The notes: generated from the sequence alone by a model not told the origin. Counted from the first letter of the stretch, positions 10,224-21,729 are shown. The stretch: DNA of 64,000 bases from Vitreoscilla sp. (GCA_045810285.1 JBJMWE010000281.1:3916-67915), one strand, 5' to 3'. Numbers and translations: made by a program.

Positions 10224-11702
10224 ATGATGGATGCCACCGCGAATCGCGCCATGCGTCGACGCACGCCCGGCACGACCCTCGTCCTGGACGTTGGCAAGAG
10301 CAACGCGAAGCTGGCGTTGATCGACGGACGCGGCGGCGTGCTGAGGTCAAGCTCCGTCGCCAACGTCTCCGAAGCGAGCGACGAATTCGGCGTCCTGGCC
10401 CTTGGCGTCGAGCGCCTGGCGTCGTGGCTGCGCGAGGCGGTGCCCCCGCTGCTTCAAGGCGTGGTGCCCGATCGCATCGTGGCGACGACGCACGGCGCGG
10501 CCTTCTGCGCGCTGGGGCCCGACGGGCTGGTCCTGCCCCCCATCGACTACGAGTGGGACGGCTACGGCGACACCACGGCGGCGTTCGACGCGTCCCTCGC
10601 CAACTTCGGCCATCATGGCACGCCGCTCCTCGGCCAGGGCCTGAACGCCGGGCGGCAGATCGACTACGCCATTCGCCGCTGGCCCGAGCGCGCCGCCCGC
10701 GTCGAATACTGGGTGCCCTATGCCCAGTACTGGACCTGGTGGCTGAGCGGCGTGGCATGCACCGAGGTGTCCTCGCTCGGATGCCACACCGGGCTGTGGT
10801 CTCCCGACCGGAATCGCTTCAGCGACTGGGCGGTGGCACGCGGCGTCGCCAGGCGCTTTGCGCCGATGCGCGCGGCCTGGGACGTGATCGGGGAACTGCG
10901 CCCCGGCCTGGCCGAGCTCTGGGGCCTGCCTGCAGGCGTCGAGATCGTCGCCGGCGTCCACGACAGCAACGCCTGCCTGGCACGCTATCTTCCCGAATAC
11001 CCCGGCGCGACCGTCGTATCGACCGGGACGTGGTGCGTGGCCATGTCGCCGGGCGCCGACACCAGTCGATTGACGCCGGAGCGCGATGAGCTCGTCAACG
11101 TCGCCGTCGACGGCCGGCCGGTGCCCACCGCACGATTCATGGGCGGCCGCGAGTTCGCGCAACTGACCGAGGGATGCGATCCCGGTGCGTCCACCATCGA
11201 CGCGCTGCGCGACGTGCTCGAAGCGGGCTGGATGGCGCTGCCATCCTTCGCGACGGGCAGCGGGCCGATGCCCGATCGACGAGGCCAGATCCTGCGGCGC
11301 GGGAAAGCCGTCGGCGACGGCGTGTCCGTGGTGCCCGTTCGCCTGCGGGCCGCACTGGCCGCGCTCTACTGCGCGGACGTCACGATGCTGCTGATCGAGG
11401 ACCTCAGTCCGCCGGAATCGCTGCCGATCGACGCGCTGCCGCCCGTCATTCTCGAAGGCCCGCTTGCAGGCAATCCAGCCTATCTGGCCGCCATGGCCGC
11501 GGCCTTCCAGCATCGATCACTCCTGCGATCCGTGGACGCGCTCGAAGGCACGGCACGCGGCGCGTGGATGCTCGCGTGGTGGCCGGTCGCCTCGGCCGAG
11601 TCCGCCGGCGCACCAAGACGGGTCGAACTTCAGGACCCCGAGCTCGTGGCGCTGCTGCGCGGTCACCGCCGCGCGTTTCGCGCGCACGTGACGGCGGTCT
11701 GA
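10224..11702 (+). CDS. rhaK: FGGY-family carbohydrate kinase (rhamnose/rhamnulose kinase of the Rhizobium-type locus)
   Basis: N-terminal phosphate-1 motif LVLDVGKSNAKLALID and a second ATPase domain (VSTGTWCV). It is the last gene of the rha operon. The start could instead be the internal Met at 10251. Confidence 0.7.
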   Translation: MMDATANRAMRRRTPGTTLVLDVGKSNAKLALIDGRGGVLRSSSVANVSEASDEFGVLALGVERLASWLREAVPPLLQGVVPDRIVATTHGAAFCALGPDGLVLPPIDYEWDGYGDTTAAFDASLANFGHHGTPLLGQGLNAGRQIDYAIRRWPERAARVEYWVPYAQYWTWWLSGVACTEVSSLGCHTGLWSPDRNRFSDWAVARGVARRFAPMRAAWDVIGELRPGLAELWGLPAGVEIVAGVHDSNACLARYLPEYPGATVVSTGTWCVAMSPGADTSRLTPERDELVNVAVDGRPVPTARFMGGREFAQLTEGCDPGASTIDALRDVLEAGWMALPSFATGSGPMPDRRGQILRRGKAVGDGVSVVPVRLRAALAALYCADVTMLLIEDLSPPESLPIDALPPVILEGPLAGNPAYLAAMAAAFQHRSLLRSVDALEGTARGAWMLAWWPVASAESAGAPRRVELQDPELVALLRGHRRAFRAHVTAV

Positions 11703-11840
11703 AATGCGGCGTGGCTTCGTGCAACCCTACCGAATATCAGCCGACGCCATGGTATGTCGGGTTTCGCTGCTGGATTGCGTTGCGGCCATATACCCGTACG
11801 ACGGCCCTCTGACCGATCGACATTGAAAGGACGGCTCGCG

Positions 11841-12536
11841 TCAGTGTCGGCCGTTCGCGCAGCAGTGCTTGTATTTCCGTCCGCTGCCACAAGGACAGGC
11901 CTCGTTGCGTCCGACCTTTCGGCCCTCGCGGCGCAGCGACACGGCAACTGACGGGCGCGCGGACGACCGTCGCTGCTGCTCGAAGTATCGATAGATCCTG
12001 GTCACGCCCGCGATCATCGCGGCGATGACTTCCTCGCGCTTCTCGCCGTCCATCGGCGGCGGGCGCATGGACGGGTCGGGATCGTCTTCGTGCGCCAGCA
12101 TCATGATCGGAATCGCCGAGCCGCCCCGCTCCTCGCTGTCGATCAGCTCGCGCCAACGGTCGGGGCGCATCTGGACACCGCGCATGAATCCCTTGGCCCA
12201 GTCGTTCGCGCGAGCGACACCAGCCGCATCCTCGAGCAGGACGGGAAGATAGACGTGCGGTTCCGAGACCGTGCGCAGCAATTCACCGGCGATCGTGTTC
12301 CAGTGCTGCAGGAGCAACTCGATGATGTCGCCGGCTTGGACGCCGTCCAGTTCTTCACCGAGCACGTGCGGGAGGTACTCGCTGGGCAGCACCATGTCGG
12401 GCCCGCAGATCAATGCGGCGAAGTAGCCGTCGATCCATTCGATGTTCACGCCGGCCGGCGCGTGCTCGTCGAGATAGGTTTCGAGGCGATCGAACTGCTC
12501 GTCGGTCAGCGGTGCATTGGTGGGCAGGAGCGGCAT
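11841..12536 (-). CDS. UPF0149 (YecA-like) protein with C-terminal SEC-C metal-binding motif
   Basis: C-terminus CPCGSGRKYKHCC. The N-terminus LTDEQFDRLETYLDE is typical of the family. Start chosen at MPLLPT; track ORF 11841..12575 starts 13 codons upstream. Confidence 0.75.
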   Translation of the reverse strand: MPLLPTNAPLTDEQFDRLETYLDEHAPAGVNIEWIDGYFAALICGPDMVLPSEYLPHVLGEELDGVQAGDIIELLLQHWNTIAGELLRTVSEPHVYLPVLLEDAAGVARANDWAKGFMRGVQMRPDRWRELIDSEERGGSAIPIMMLAHEDDPDPSMRPPPMDGEKREEVIAAMIAGVTRIYRYFEQQRRSSARPSVAVSLRREGRKVGRNEACPCGSGRKYKHCCANGRH

Positions 12537-12608
12537 GAACTTGGTGATAAGGCGTTTCGAACGAGCGCAATGCATGCTACATGCAGGGCATCCGCGGGCG
12601 GGAAGGCC

Positions 12609-13787
12609 ATGCTACAGTGCGCCGCTTCGCGAGGCGGCCCCCTTCCGCAGCGTTTCCGCCTGCCCGGAACATCCGTGCCCACTTCGAAGCCGAAACCACC
12701 CGAGACACCGCCGAAGACGCGTCGCAGCGACGCCCCGACGCTTCTCGACGTGGCCCGTGCTGCAGGCGTGTCCGAATCGGCCGTCTCGTCCGCGCTCAGC
12801 GGTGGCCGCCGGGGCTCGGCCCGCGTGTCGGCCGAGACCTGCGAGCGCGTACTGGCCGAGGCGCGGCGGCTGGGATACCGGCCGAACGGCACCGCGCGCG
12901 CGCTCGCGAACCGGCGCACCGACACGGTGGGCTTCGTCACCAACATGATCGGCGAAGAGCCGAACTTCTACTTCCTTGAAGTCTTCAGCGGCGTCATGCG
13001 CGGCGCCACGGCCGCGGGGCAGACGACGGCCGTCTTCACGCTGGGCGACTGGGACGAGGCGCAAGTGCGCATCCCGGCACTGTGCGACGGCCGTGTCGAT
13101 GGCCTGATCCTGCTCGCCCCGCTCCTGCAGGATCGCAGCGCGGCGTGGTTGCCGCCGCATACGCCGCTGGTGTCGGTGCATGCCGACAGCCCGCTGCCCG
13201 GCGTGGTGAACATCGAATCGGACAACGAGGCCGGTGCTTGCGCGATGGTGCGCCAGTTGCTCGCCATCGGACACCGCCGCATCCTGCACGTGGCGGGACC
13301 GCCCGGGATTTCATTGGCGGAACAGCGCGTCGAAGGGTACCTGCGGGCGCACGCCGAAGCGGGCGTGAAGCCGGCACGCGACCACCTGGTTCGTGCGCCG
13401 CTCAGCGTCGACGGCGGCCGCGAGGCCATGCAGGCGTGGCTCCAGCGCCGCCGCGGCCGGCTGCTGCCGGAGGCCGTGTTCGGCTGCAACGATGCCATCG
13501 CCTTCGGCTGCATCGAGAGCTTGCGATCGCGCGGACTGCGCGTGCCGGACGACGTCTCCGTCGTCGGCTACGACCATACCGCCATGTGGCGCTCGGCGCG
13601 CATGGCGACCGTGCGCCAACCGCTCCACGAGATGGGTCGGCGTTCCGTCGAAGTGCTGGTACAGCGCATCGAGGCGCTTCGCCGGGGCGAGCCCCACGCC
13701 GGCAGATTCAACATCGTCCTGCCGACCGACGTCGTCCTTGGCGAGACGCTGTCCGAGCCGCGACGGACGCGCCTGTCCATCGCCTGA
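12609..13787 (+). CDS. LacI-family transcriptional regulator
   Basis: HTH LLDVARAAGVSESAVSSALSG...VSAETCERVLAEARRLGYRPNGTARALA plus a periplasmic-binding-like core. The start is uncertain (ATG 12609 or GTG 12675). Confidence 0.85.
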   Translation: MLQCAASRGGPLPQRFRLPGTSVPTSKPKPPETPPKTRRSDAPTLLDVARAAGVSESAVSSALSGGRRGSARVSAETCERVLAEARRLGYRPNGTARALANRRTDTVGFVTNMIGEEPNFYFLEVFSGVMRGATAAGQTTAVFTLGDWDEAQVRIPALCDGRVDGLILLAPLLQDRSAAWLPPHTPLVSVHADSPLPGVVNIESDNEAGACAMVRQLLAIGHRRILHVAGPPGISLAEQRVEGYLRAHAEAGVKPARDHLVRAPLSVDGGREAMQAWLQRRRGRLLPEAVFGCNDAIAFGCIESLRSRGLRVPDDVSVVGYDHTAMWRSARMATVRQPLHEMGRRSVEVLVQRIEALRRGEPHAGRFNIVLPTDVVLGETLSEPRRTRLSIA

Positions 13788-13883
13788 ACGCCGCGGACAG
13801 GGCGTGTCGTCCCCGGCGGCCGATGCGGCCGTAGGTGTTTTCATCAATTAGTTCTTTCGACGATCGAATTAATATCGCCGAGG

Positions 13884-13903
13884 CTGATGTGGCGCCACAT
13901 CAG
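13884..13903. promoter_or_regulatory. Perfect 20-bp palindrome, candidate LacI-type operator O1
   Basis: CTGATGTGGCGCCACATCAG is perfectly self-complementary. It lies between the LacI gene and the first GH43 gene. Confidence 0.65.
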
Positions 13904-13919
13904 CCGCCCTGTCACTCGG

Positions 13920-13939
13920 TTGATATGGCGCCATATCAA
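13920..13939. promoter_or_regulatory. Perfect 20-bp palindrome, candidate LacI-type operator O2
   Basis: TTGATATGGCGCCATATCAA is perfectly self-complementary. Its centre is 36 bp from the O1 centre, and it ends 16 nt upstream of ATG 13955. Confidence 0.65.
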
Positions 13940-13954
13940 AGCCCGGCATTCCTC

Positions 13955-15550
13955 ATGAACAAGTACGACAAGCGACTCATCGTCCTCTCCATCCTCGCGG
14001 CGATCTCCTTCCCGGGCCATGGCGCCGCGACGACGGCCGAGCGGCCGCCCGGCGCCAATCCGGCGTTGCGCGACCGCTTCACCGCCGACCCGGCGCCGCT
14101 GGTCGTGGGCGACACGGTCTACCTCTACGTGGGCCACGACGAAGCCAAGGACACGGACATGTACCTCATGAACGAATGGCTGTGCTATTCGTCCAAGGAC
14201 CTGCGCCACTGGACCGCCCATGGCGCCATCATGAAACCCACCGACTTCAAGTGGGCGGTCGGCGAAGCCTGGGCCGCGCAGGTGGTGAAGCGCAACGGCC
14301 GCTTCTACCTCTACGCCACCGTGCAGCACGACGACACCCGACCCGGAAAGGCCATCGGCGTCGCCGTGGCCGACAACCCGCTCGGCCCGTTCAAGGATGC
14401 GCGCGGAACGGCGCTGGTCACCGACGCCACGACGCCCGGCCCCTACGGCTGGAACGACATCGACCCCACGGTCTTCGTCGACGACGACGGCAGCGCCTGG
14501 CTGGCATGGGGCAACCCGGTTCTCTACCTGGCCCGGCTCAAGCCGGACATGACCGAGCTGGACGGCCCCATCGAGAAGATCGCGCTGCCCAACTACACCG
14601 AGGGGCCGTGGCTGTCCAAGCGCAAGGGCACGTACTACATGACCTACGCATCCATGGCGCAGCAGAACGCGTGGGAGCATCTGTCCTATGCGACGGCGCC
14701 GAGCCCGCGCGGGCCGTGGACCTACCAGGGCGTGCTGACCGGCCCGACGTCCAACAGCTACACCATCCACCCGGGCGTCATCGACGACTTCAAGGGACAG
14801 TCCTACCTGGTCTATCACAACGGCGGGTTGACCCTGCCCGACGGCCAGGCCGGCGCCGGCAACCGGCGCTCCGTCGCGATCGACTACCTCTACTACGATG
14901 CCGACGGCCGCATGTGGCCTGTCACGCAGTCCGAGGCCGGCATCAGCACGCGGCCCCGGCCGCCCGCCGGCAAGGCGCCCGCACCGGCAGACCCCGGCCG
15001 CACCGATGCCCGCGTGGCCGTCCAGCAGTTCGCCCAGACCTATCCGGAAGCCTGGCCGGGACGCCCTGCCCTCGCCTCCGTCTCCCGGCCTTTCGACGAC
15101 GCCCCCGATCCCGTGGGCTTCAACCGCGACAGCGGCGCCAGCCGCCTGGCGCAGACCTTCGTGCCGCGCACCGACATCGCGCTCGGCCGGCTCAGCTTCT
15201 ACGCCGGCGACGGCCTCGGCACGGACGCCACGCACCCGTTGACACTGTCGCTGCGCGACACGGAAACCGGCACGGAACTGCTCGGCGCCGGCCAGGGCCT
15301 CGCCATCGCCTACCGGCCGCAAGGGGCCGGCCTGCTGAGCTTCGACTTCAGCGCCCATCCGCCCGTCATGCTGCAGGCCGGCCGCCGGTACGTGATGGCG
15401 CTGCAGGGCGAGAAGTCGTCGTTGACGATCTTCCTGCGCGCCAGCCGCGACGACGTCTACGCCGACGGCGCGGCCAGCCTCGACGATCGGCCGCTCAAGG
15501 ACAAGCAGGGCCGCCTCCTGGACTTCGCGTTCGCGCTGTATGCGCGCTAG
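13955..15550 (+). CDS. Secreted GH43 glycoside hydrolase (arabinofuranosidase/xylosidase-like) with C-terminal extra domain
   Basis: ATG 13955 with a signal peptide. GH43 five-bladed propeller motifs: FTADPAPLVVGDTVYLYVGHDE, AWAAQVVKRNGRFYLY, DPTVFVDDDGSAWLAWG, EGPWLSKRKGTYYMTY. Confidence 0.85.
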   Translation: MNKYDKRLIVLSILAAISFPGHGAATTAERPPGANPALRDRFTADPAPLVVGDTVYLYVGHDEAKDTDMYLMNEWLCYSSKDLRHWTAHGAIMKPTDFKWAVGEAWAAQVVKRNGRFYLYATVQHDDTRPGKAIGVAVADNPLGPFKDARGTALVTDATTPGPYGWNDIDPTVFVDDDGSAWLAWGNPVLYLARLKPDMTELDGPIEKIALPNYTEGPWLSKRKGTYYMTYASMAQQNAWEHLSYATAPSPRGPWTYQGVLTGPTSNSYTIHPGVIDDFKGQSYLVYHNGGLTLPDGQAGAGNRRSVAIDYLYYDADGRMWPVTQSEAGISTRPRPPAGKAPAPADPGRTDARVAVQQFAQTYPEAWPGRPALASVSRPFDDAPDPVGFNRDSGASRLAQTFVPRTDIALGRLSFYAGDGLGTDATHPLTLSLRDTETGTELLGAGQGLAIAYRPQGAGLLSFDFSAHPPVMLQAGRRYVMALQGEKSSLTIFLRASRDDVYADGAASLDDRPLKDKQGRLLDFAFALYAR

Positions 15551-15567
15551 GCATGCTGAACCGGCTG

Positions 15568-15594
15568 GAGACCGCTGGTACCGCTCACGGTCTC
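15568..15594 (+). terminator. Possible stem-loop terminator after the GH43 gene
   Basis: GAGACCG-N13-CGGTCTC followed by AGGTTTCG. The U-tract is weak. Confidence 0.3.
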
Positions 15595-15671
15595 AGGTTT
15601 CGACGGGTCGGATGACGCGCAGCGATCCCCGCCTTCTTGCGAATGATCGAGAAGGCCAGGAATCGAAATCA

Positions 15672-16922
15672 ATGCAGGGTGCACACAAGTCGCTGTTCGC
15701 GAGCATGGCAATGATGGCCGCCGCGGCGTTGACCTTGTTCTTGTGCGCGGCAGGCAATTGCTGGGCTCAAAAGGCCGAAGGCCTGGCCAGCACCCCGCAA
15801 ATGGGCTGGAACAGCTGGAACAAGTTCGCCTGCAATGTCGACGAGCGCCTGATCCGCGAGACCGCCGATGCCATGGTCAAGCAGGGCTTGAAGGACGCCG
15901 GCTACCAATACGTCAACATTGACGATTGCTGGCAGGGCCAGCGCGACGCCGACGGCAACATCCAACCCGACCCCAAGCACTTCCCCTCTGGCATGAAGGC
16001 GCTGGCGGACTATGTGCATGGCAAGGGACTCAAACTTGGCATCTACTCGGACGCCGGCGGGACCACCTGCGACGGCCGTCCCGGCAGCCGCGGCCACGAA
16101 TACCAGGATGCGCTCACCTATGCGCGCTGGGGCATTGACTACGTGAAGTACGACTGGTGCGACGCCCAGAGCCTGAACGCCGAAGCGGCCTACAGCACGA
16201 TGCGCGACGCGATCGCCAAGTCGGGCCGTCCGATGCTGTTCAGCGCATGCGAATGGGGCATCAACAAACCGTGGGAATGGGGTGGCCAGGTCGCCCATTC
16301 GTGGCGCACCACGGCCGATATCTACAACTGTTTCGACTGCGAATTCAGTCCCGGTTTCTCGACGGGTCTGGGCGTGCTGCGCATCCTCGACAAGCAGGCA
16401 GGCCTGCGCAAGTTCGCAGGACCCGGTCACTGGAATGACATGGACATGCTCGAAGTGGGCAACGGCATGAGCGAGGATGAAGACCGCGCCCATCTGTCGA
16501 TCTGGGCCATGATGGCCTCGCCCCTCATCCTGGGCACTGACCTGCGTTCCATGTCCGAGTCGACCCGCCGCATCCTGACCAATCCCGGCGTGATCGCGGT
16601 GAACCAGGACAAGCTGGGTGTGCAGGCGCTGCGCGTCATGGTCGACGGTCCGCTGGAGATCTATGCCAAGCCGCTCGACGGCGACCAATGGGCACTGATG
16701 TTCCTGAACCGCTCCAACCAGGCTGTCGATGTTCGCCATGACTGGAAGGCGCAAGGCCTGACCGATGACCTGAGCAGGCGGTCGGTGGATTTCAAGCAGG
16801 TCGTCTACCGCTGGTCCGACCTGTGGAACAAGAAGACGGGCGACACCAGCACCGCAATGCAAGCGCGTCTGGCGCCGCACAGCGTGTTGATGCTGCTCCT
16901 GACCGGCCCAGCGAAACCATAG
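15672..16922 (+). CDS. Secreted GH27 alpha-galactosidase (or beta-L-arabinopyranosidase)
   Basis: ATG 15672 with a signal peptide. Motifs TPQMGWNSWNKFACNVDE, YVNIDDCWQ and KLGIYSDAG are typical of GH27. Confidence 0.85.
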   Translation: MQGAHKSLFASMAMMAAAALTLFLCAAGNCWAQKAEGLASTPQMGWNSWNKFACNVDERLIRETADAMVKQGLKDAGYQYVNIDDCWQGQRDADGNIQPDPKHFPSGMKALADYVHGKGLKLGIYSDAGGTTCDGRPGSRGHEYQDALTYARWGIDYVKYDWCDAQSLNAEAAYSTMRDAIAKSGRPMLFSACEWGINKPWEWGGQVAHSWRTTADIYNCFDCEFSPGFSTGLGVLRILDKQAGLRKFAGPGHWNDMDMLEVGNGMSEDEDRAHLSIWAMMASPLILGTDLRSMSESTRRILTNPGVIAVNQDKLGVQALRVMVDGPLEIYAKPLDGDQWALMFLNRSNQAVDVRHDWKAQGLTDDLSRRSVDFKQVVYRWSDLWNKKTGDTSTAMQARLAPHSVLMLLLTGPAKP

Positions 16923-16943
16923 GGGCGCTCCACCGCCTGTCTC

Positions 16944-18539
16944 ATGAAGCGCCCAATCTTCTCCCTCCTGATCGGTCTCGTCCTCTCCGTCGCGTCCCAG
17001 GCCGTTCCCGCGGCACAGGCGGCATCGGCGGATGCTGCTCACAATCCTCTTGTCTGGGCCGACGTCCCGGACATCGCGATCATCCGTGTGGGCAAGACCT
17101 ACTACATGAGCAGCACGACGATGCACATGAGCCCGGGCCTCCCGATCATGAAGTCGACGGACCTGGTCAATTGGCGCATGGCCTCCTATGCCTATGAAAC
17201 CCTCGCGGACAACGACGCCCTCCGGCTCGAGAACGGCAAGGATGCCTACGGCCTTGGCTCCTGGGCCAGCAGCCTGCGTTTCCACGACGGGGTGTTCCAT
17301 GCCTCGACTTTCTCGGCCAACACGGGACGCACGCACGTGTACACCACGCGCGATCCCGAGCACGGCCCGTGGAAGGAGAAGAGCTTCGAGCCCTCGCTGG
17401 GTGACCACAGCCTGTTCTTCGATGACGACGGCCGCGTCTACATGGTTTATGGGAGCGGTCGCATCTCCCTCGTCGAACTGCAGTCCGATCTCTCCGGCAT
17501 CAAGCCCGGCGGCGTGAACAAGGTCCTCGTCGACAACGTCAACGCCGTCTTCGGCGGCGACCAGGGCGGACTCAAGGGCGAGGGCTCGCAGATCTTCAAG
17601 GTCGACGGCCGCTTTTACCTCTTCAACATCGCCTCGCCCGGGAGCCGCTGGGCGCGCACCGTCGTCGTCAGCCGCGCCGATGCCATCGACGGTCCCTACG
17701 AGAGTCGCATCGCGCTCGACGATCGCGGCATCGCCCAGGGTGGCCTCATCGACACCCCGGAAGGGAAATGGTATGCGTATCTTTTCAAGGACAACGGCGC
17801 CGTCGGTCGCATTCCCTACCTCGTGCCCGTGACCTGGAAGGACGGCTGGCCCGTGCTCGGCCTGGACGGCAAGGTACCCATGACGCTCGACATCCCCGCC
17901 GGCGCACAGGGCCTGTCCGGCGTCTCCGGCATCGTCGCTTCCGACGAATTCGAACGCCTGCCCGGCGCCCCCGACCTGCCCCTCGCCTGGCAGTGGAACC
18001 ACAACCCCGTGCCTGGCGACTGGTCGCTCACGAAGCGCCCGGGCTACCTGAGCCTCGTCACCAGCCGGGTCGTCCCCACCTTGCTCGAGGCCCCGAATAC
18101 GCTCACCCAGCGCACGTTCGGCCCTGCGAGTTCCGCCACCACCCGCATCGATGTGAGCGGCATGAAAGACGGCGACTGGGCGGGACTGGCCGCCTTCCAG
18201 AGACGCTATGGTTTCGTTGGCGTGAAGATGAGCGGCGGAGCCCGATCGCTTGTCATGGTGAGCGCCGATTCCGACAAGCCAGAGGAGATCGCCTCCCTTC
18301 CCCTCTCCGGCAAGACCGTCCATCTGAAGGTCGAATGCGAATTCCAGCCGGCCCCCGAGGTCGCCCGCTTCTCCTACAGCCTCGACGGCAAGTCCTGGAC
18401 TCCGATCGGCCGGCCCTCGCGCCTTTCCTACACGGTCCCGCACTTCATGGGCTACCGCTACGCCCTCTTCTTCTATTCGACCAAGACCGCCGGCGGCCGT
18501 GTGGACTTCGACTACTACCGGATCGGGCAAGGCAGGTAA
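16944..18539 (+). CDS. Secreted GH43 glycoside hydrolase with C-terminal beta-sandwich domain
   Basis: Signal peptide MKRPIFSLLIGLVLSVASQAVPAAQA. Motifs NPLVWADVPDIAIIRVGKTYYMSSTT and DHSLFFDDDGRVYMVYG. Confidence 0.8.
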   Translation: MKRPIFSLLIGLVLSVASQAVPAAQAASADAAHNPLVWADVPDIAIIRVGKTYYMSSTTMHMSPGLPIMKSTDLVNWRMASYAYETLADNDALRLENGKDAYGLGSWASSLRFHDGVFHASTFSANTGRTHVYTTRDPEHGPWKEKSFEPSLGDHSLFFDDDGRVYMVYGSGRISLVELQSDLSGIKPGGVNKVLVDNVNAVFGGDQGGLKGEGSQIFKVDGRFYLFNIASPGSRWARTVVVSRADAIDGPYESRIALDDRGIAQGGLIDTPEGKWYAYLFKDNGAVGRIPYLVPVTWKDGWPVLGLDGKVPMTLDIPAGAQGLSGVSGIVASDEFERLPGAPDLPLAWQWNHNPVPGDWSLTKRPGYLSLVTSRVVPTLLEAPNTLTQRTFGPASSATTRIDVSGMKDGDWAGLAAFQRRYGFVGVKMSGGARSLVMVSADSDKPEEIASLPLSGKTVHLKVECEFQPAPEVARFSYSLDGKSWTPIGRPSRLSYTVPHFMGYRYALFFYSTKTAGGRVDFDYYRIGQGR

Positions 18540-18579
18540 AGACCGGCGCTGACACCGCCCGGCCTCCCTTTCGCCCCTC

Positions 18580-20136
<1,557 letters not shown>

Positions 20137-20340
20137 ATGCCTTCACGCCATGGCGATGCCTCGCTTTGCCGCAATGACGATGCCAAGGTGCATGAGTACC
20201 GGCCTCCCGGTGAACTCGAGCTTCCTGCGTTCGCGCGCCGTGACGGCCGGCATCGGCTGCATCGGCCAGTTGCAGCCGTCATTGGCGCAGCGACGCATGG
20301 CCGTTTCGTCGCCCCGCAACGTCCCGAATCGAGGTCTCCC

Positions 20341-21729
20341 ATGATCGCGCGCATGCTTTCGCTCCTGGCGCTTGTGCTGGCCTGCGTCTGGCCGCAGCCG
20401 AGCCGGGCCGAGAACCCCATCATCCAGACCAGCTTCACTGCCGATCCGGCACCACTGGTACACAAGGGGGTTGTCTACCTCTATACCGGACAGGACGAGG
20501 ACGACGCCCGCGAGTTCAAGATGCGCAACTGGCGGCTCTACACGTCGACTGACATGTCGAACTGGACCGACAAGGGGGTCGTGGCATCGCTGGCGACCTT
20601 TCCCTGGGCGCTGCAGGACAACGATGCCTGGGCTTCCCAGGTGGTCGAGCGCGATGGCAAGTTCTACCTTTACGCATCGGTGAGCGTGCAGGGCTGGCCC
20701 AAGAGCGTGATTGCCGTCGCCGTCGCCGACCGGCCCGAGGGGCCGTTCAAGGACGCCCTGGGCAAGCCGCTGATCGACAAGGCCATCGGCTACTTCGACC
20801 CCACGGTCTTCGTCGACGACGACGGGCAGGCTTACATGTACTGGGGCAACCCGAACCTGTACTACGTGAAGCTGAACCGGGACATGATCTCCTACAGCGG
20901 CGAGATCCAGCAGGCCGAGGGCAAGCCGCGCAACTACCAGGAAGGCCCCTGGTTCTACAAGCGCCAGGGCAAGTACTACATGGCCTACGCATCGGCCTGC
21001 TGCCCCGAAGGCATCGGCTACGCCATGAGCGACAAGCCGACCGGCCCGTGGGTCTACAAGGGCGACATCATGGACCACAACGCCAACTCGACCGGCAACC
21101 ACCCGGGCATCGTCGACTACATGGGGGCGTCCTATCTGTTCGGGTTCAACTACCGGCTGAACTTTGCCGACACGCCCATCCATCGCGAGCGCCGCTCCGT
21201 CACGGTGACCCGGTTCGACTACAACGCGGACGGCAGCATCAACATGCTCCCGTGGTGGGACAACGTCGGCGTCCCTCCGCTCAAACCCTTGTCTCCGTAC
21301 GAGCGGGTGGAGGCCGAGACCATGGCCTGGACGTCCCGCCTGAAGCGGGATCGTGATCGCCAGTTCGACTGGGCGCCAGGCATCAAGACCGCGCGCGATG
21401 ACAAGGTCGGGGTGTACGTCACGCACATCACCGATCTCGACTACATCAAGGTCAACGGCGTCGACTTTGGCAGCAAGGGCGCGGCCCGCTTCGTGGCCAG
21501 CCTGGCCAGCGAGACGGATGGCGGCAAGATCGAATTGCGGCTCGACAGCGTCGATGGACCGCATCTGGGCACCCTCACGGTGGCCCGAACCGGCCGCCCG
21601 GATCAGTGGCAGCAGCAAAGCGCGCCGGTCTCGGGCGCCACGGGCGTACACGACCTCTACCTCATCTTCAGGGGCCGTGGCGAGCCGACGATCTTTGAGT
21701 TCGATCACTGGCGCTTCGAGCGCAAGTGA
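20341..21729 (+). CDS. Secreted GH43 hydrolase fused to a CBM6-like carbohydrate-binding module
   Basis: ATG 20341 with signal peptide MIARMLSLLALVLACVWPQPSRA. GH43 motif FTADPAPLVHKGVVYLYTG. C-terminal region YERVEAETMAW...YIKVNGVDFG...FDHWRFE is CBM6-like. Confidence 0.85.
   Translation: MIARMLSLLALVLACVWPQPSRAENPIIQTSFTADPAPLVHKGVVYLYTGQDEDDAREFKMRNWRLYTSTDMSNWTDKGVVASLATFPWALQDNDAWASQVVERDGKFYLYASVSVQGWPKSVIAVAVADRPEGPFKDALGKPLIDKAIGYFDPTVFVDDDGQAYMYWGNPNLYYVKLNRDMISYSGEIQQAEGKPRNYQEGPWFYKRQGKYYMAYASACCPEGIGYAMSDKPTGPWVYKGDIMDHNANSTGNHPGIVDYMGASYLFGFNYRLNFADTPIHRERRSVTVTRFDYNADGSINMLPWWDNVGVPPLKPLSPYERVEAETMAWTSRLKRDRDRQFDWAPGIKTARDDKVGVYVTHITDLDYIKVNGVDFGSKGAARFVASLASETDGGKIELRLDSVDGPHLGTLTVARTGRPDQWQQQSAPVSGATGVHDLYLIFRGRGEPTIFEFDHWRFERK

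Noticed and set aside
12537-12575. Longer start (MHCARSKRLITKF...) for the SEC-C protein
   Set aside because: Family members usually begin just before the LxDxExxxLxxxL helix. Neither start has a good SD, so this is a weak preference only.
20137-20340. 68-codon N-terminal extension of the GH43-CBM6 ORF
   Set aside because: The extension has no signal peptide character, whereas ATG 20341 starts a typical signal peptide. The region also holds a stem-loop, CGGCTGCA-N9-TGCAGCCG, at 20254-20278.
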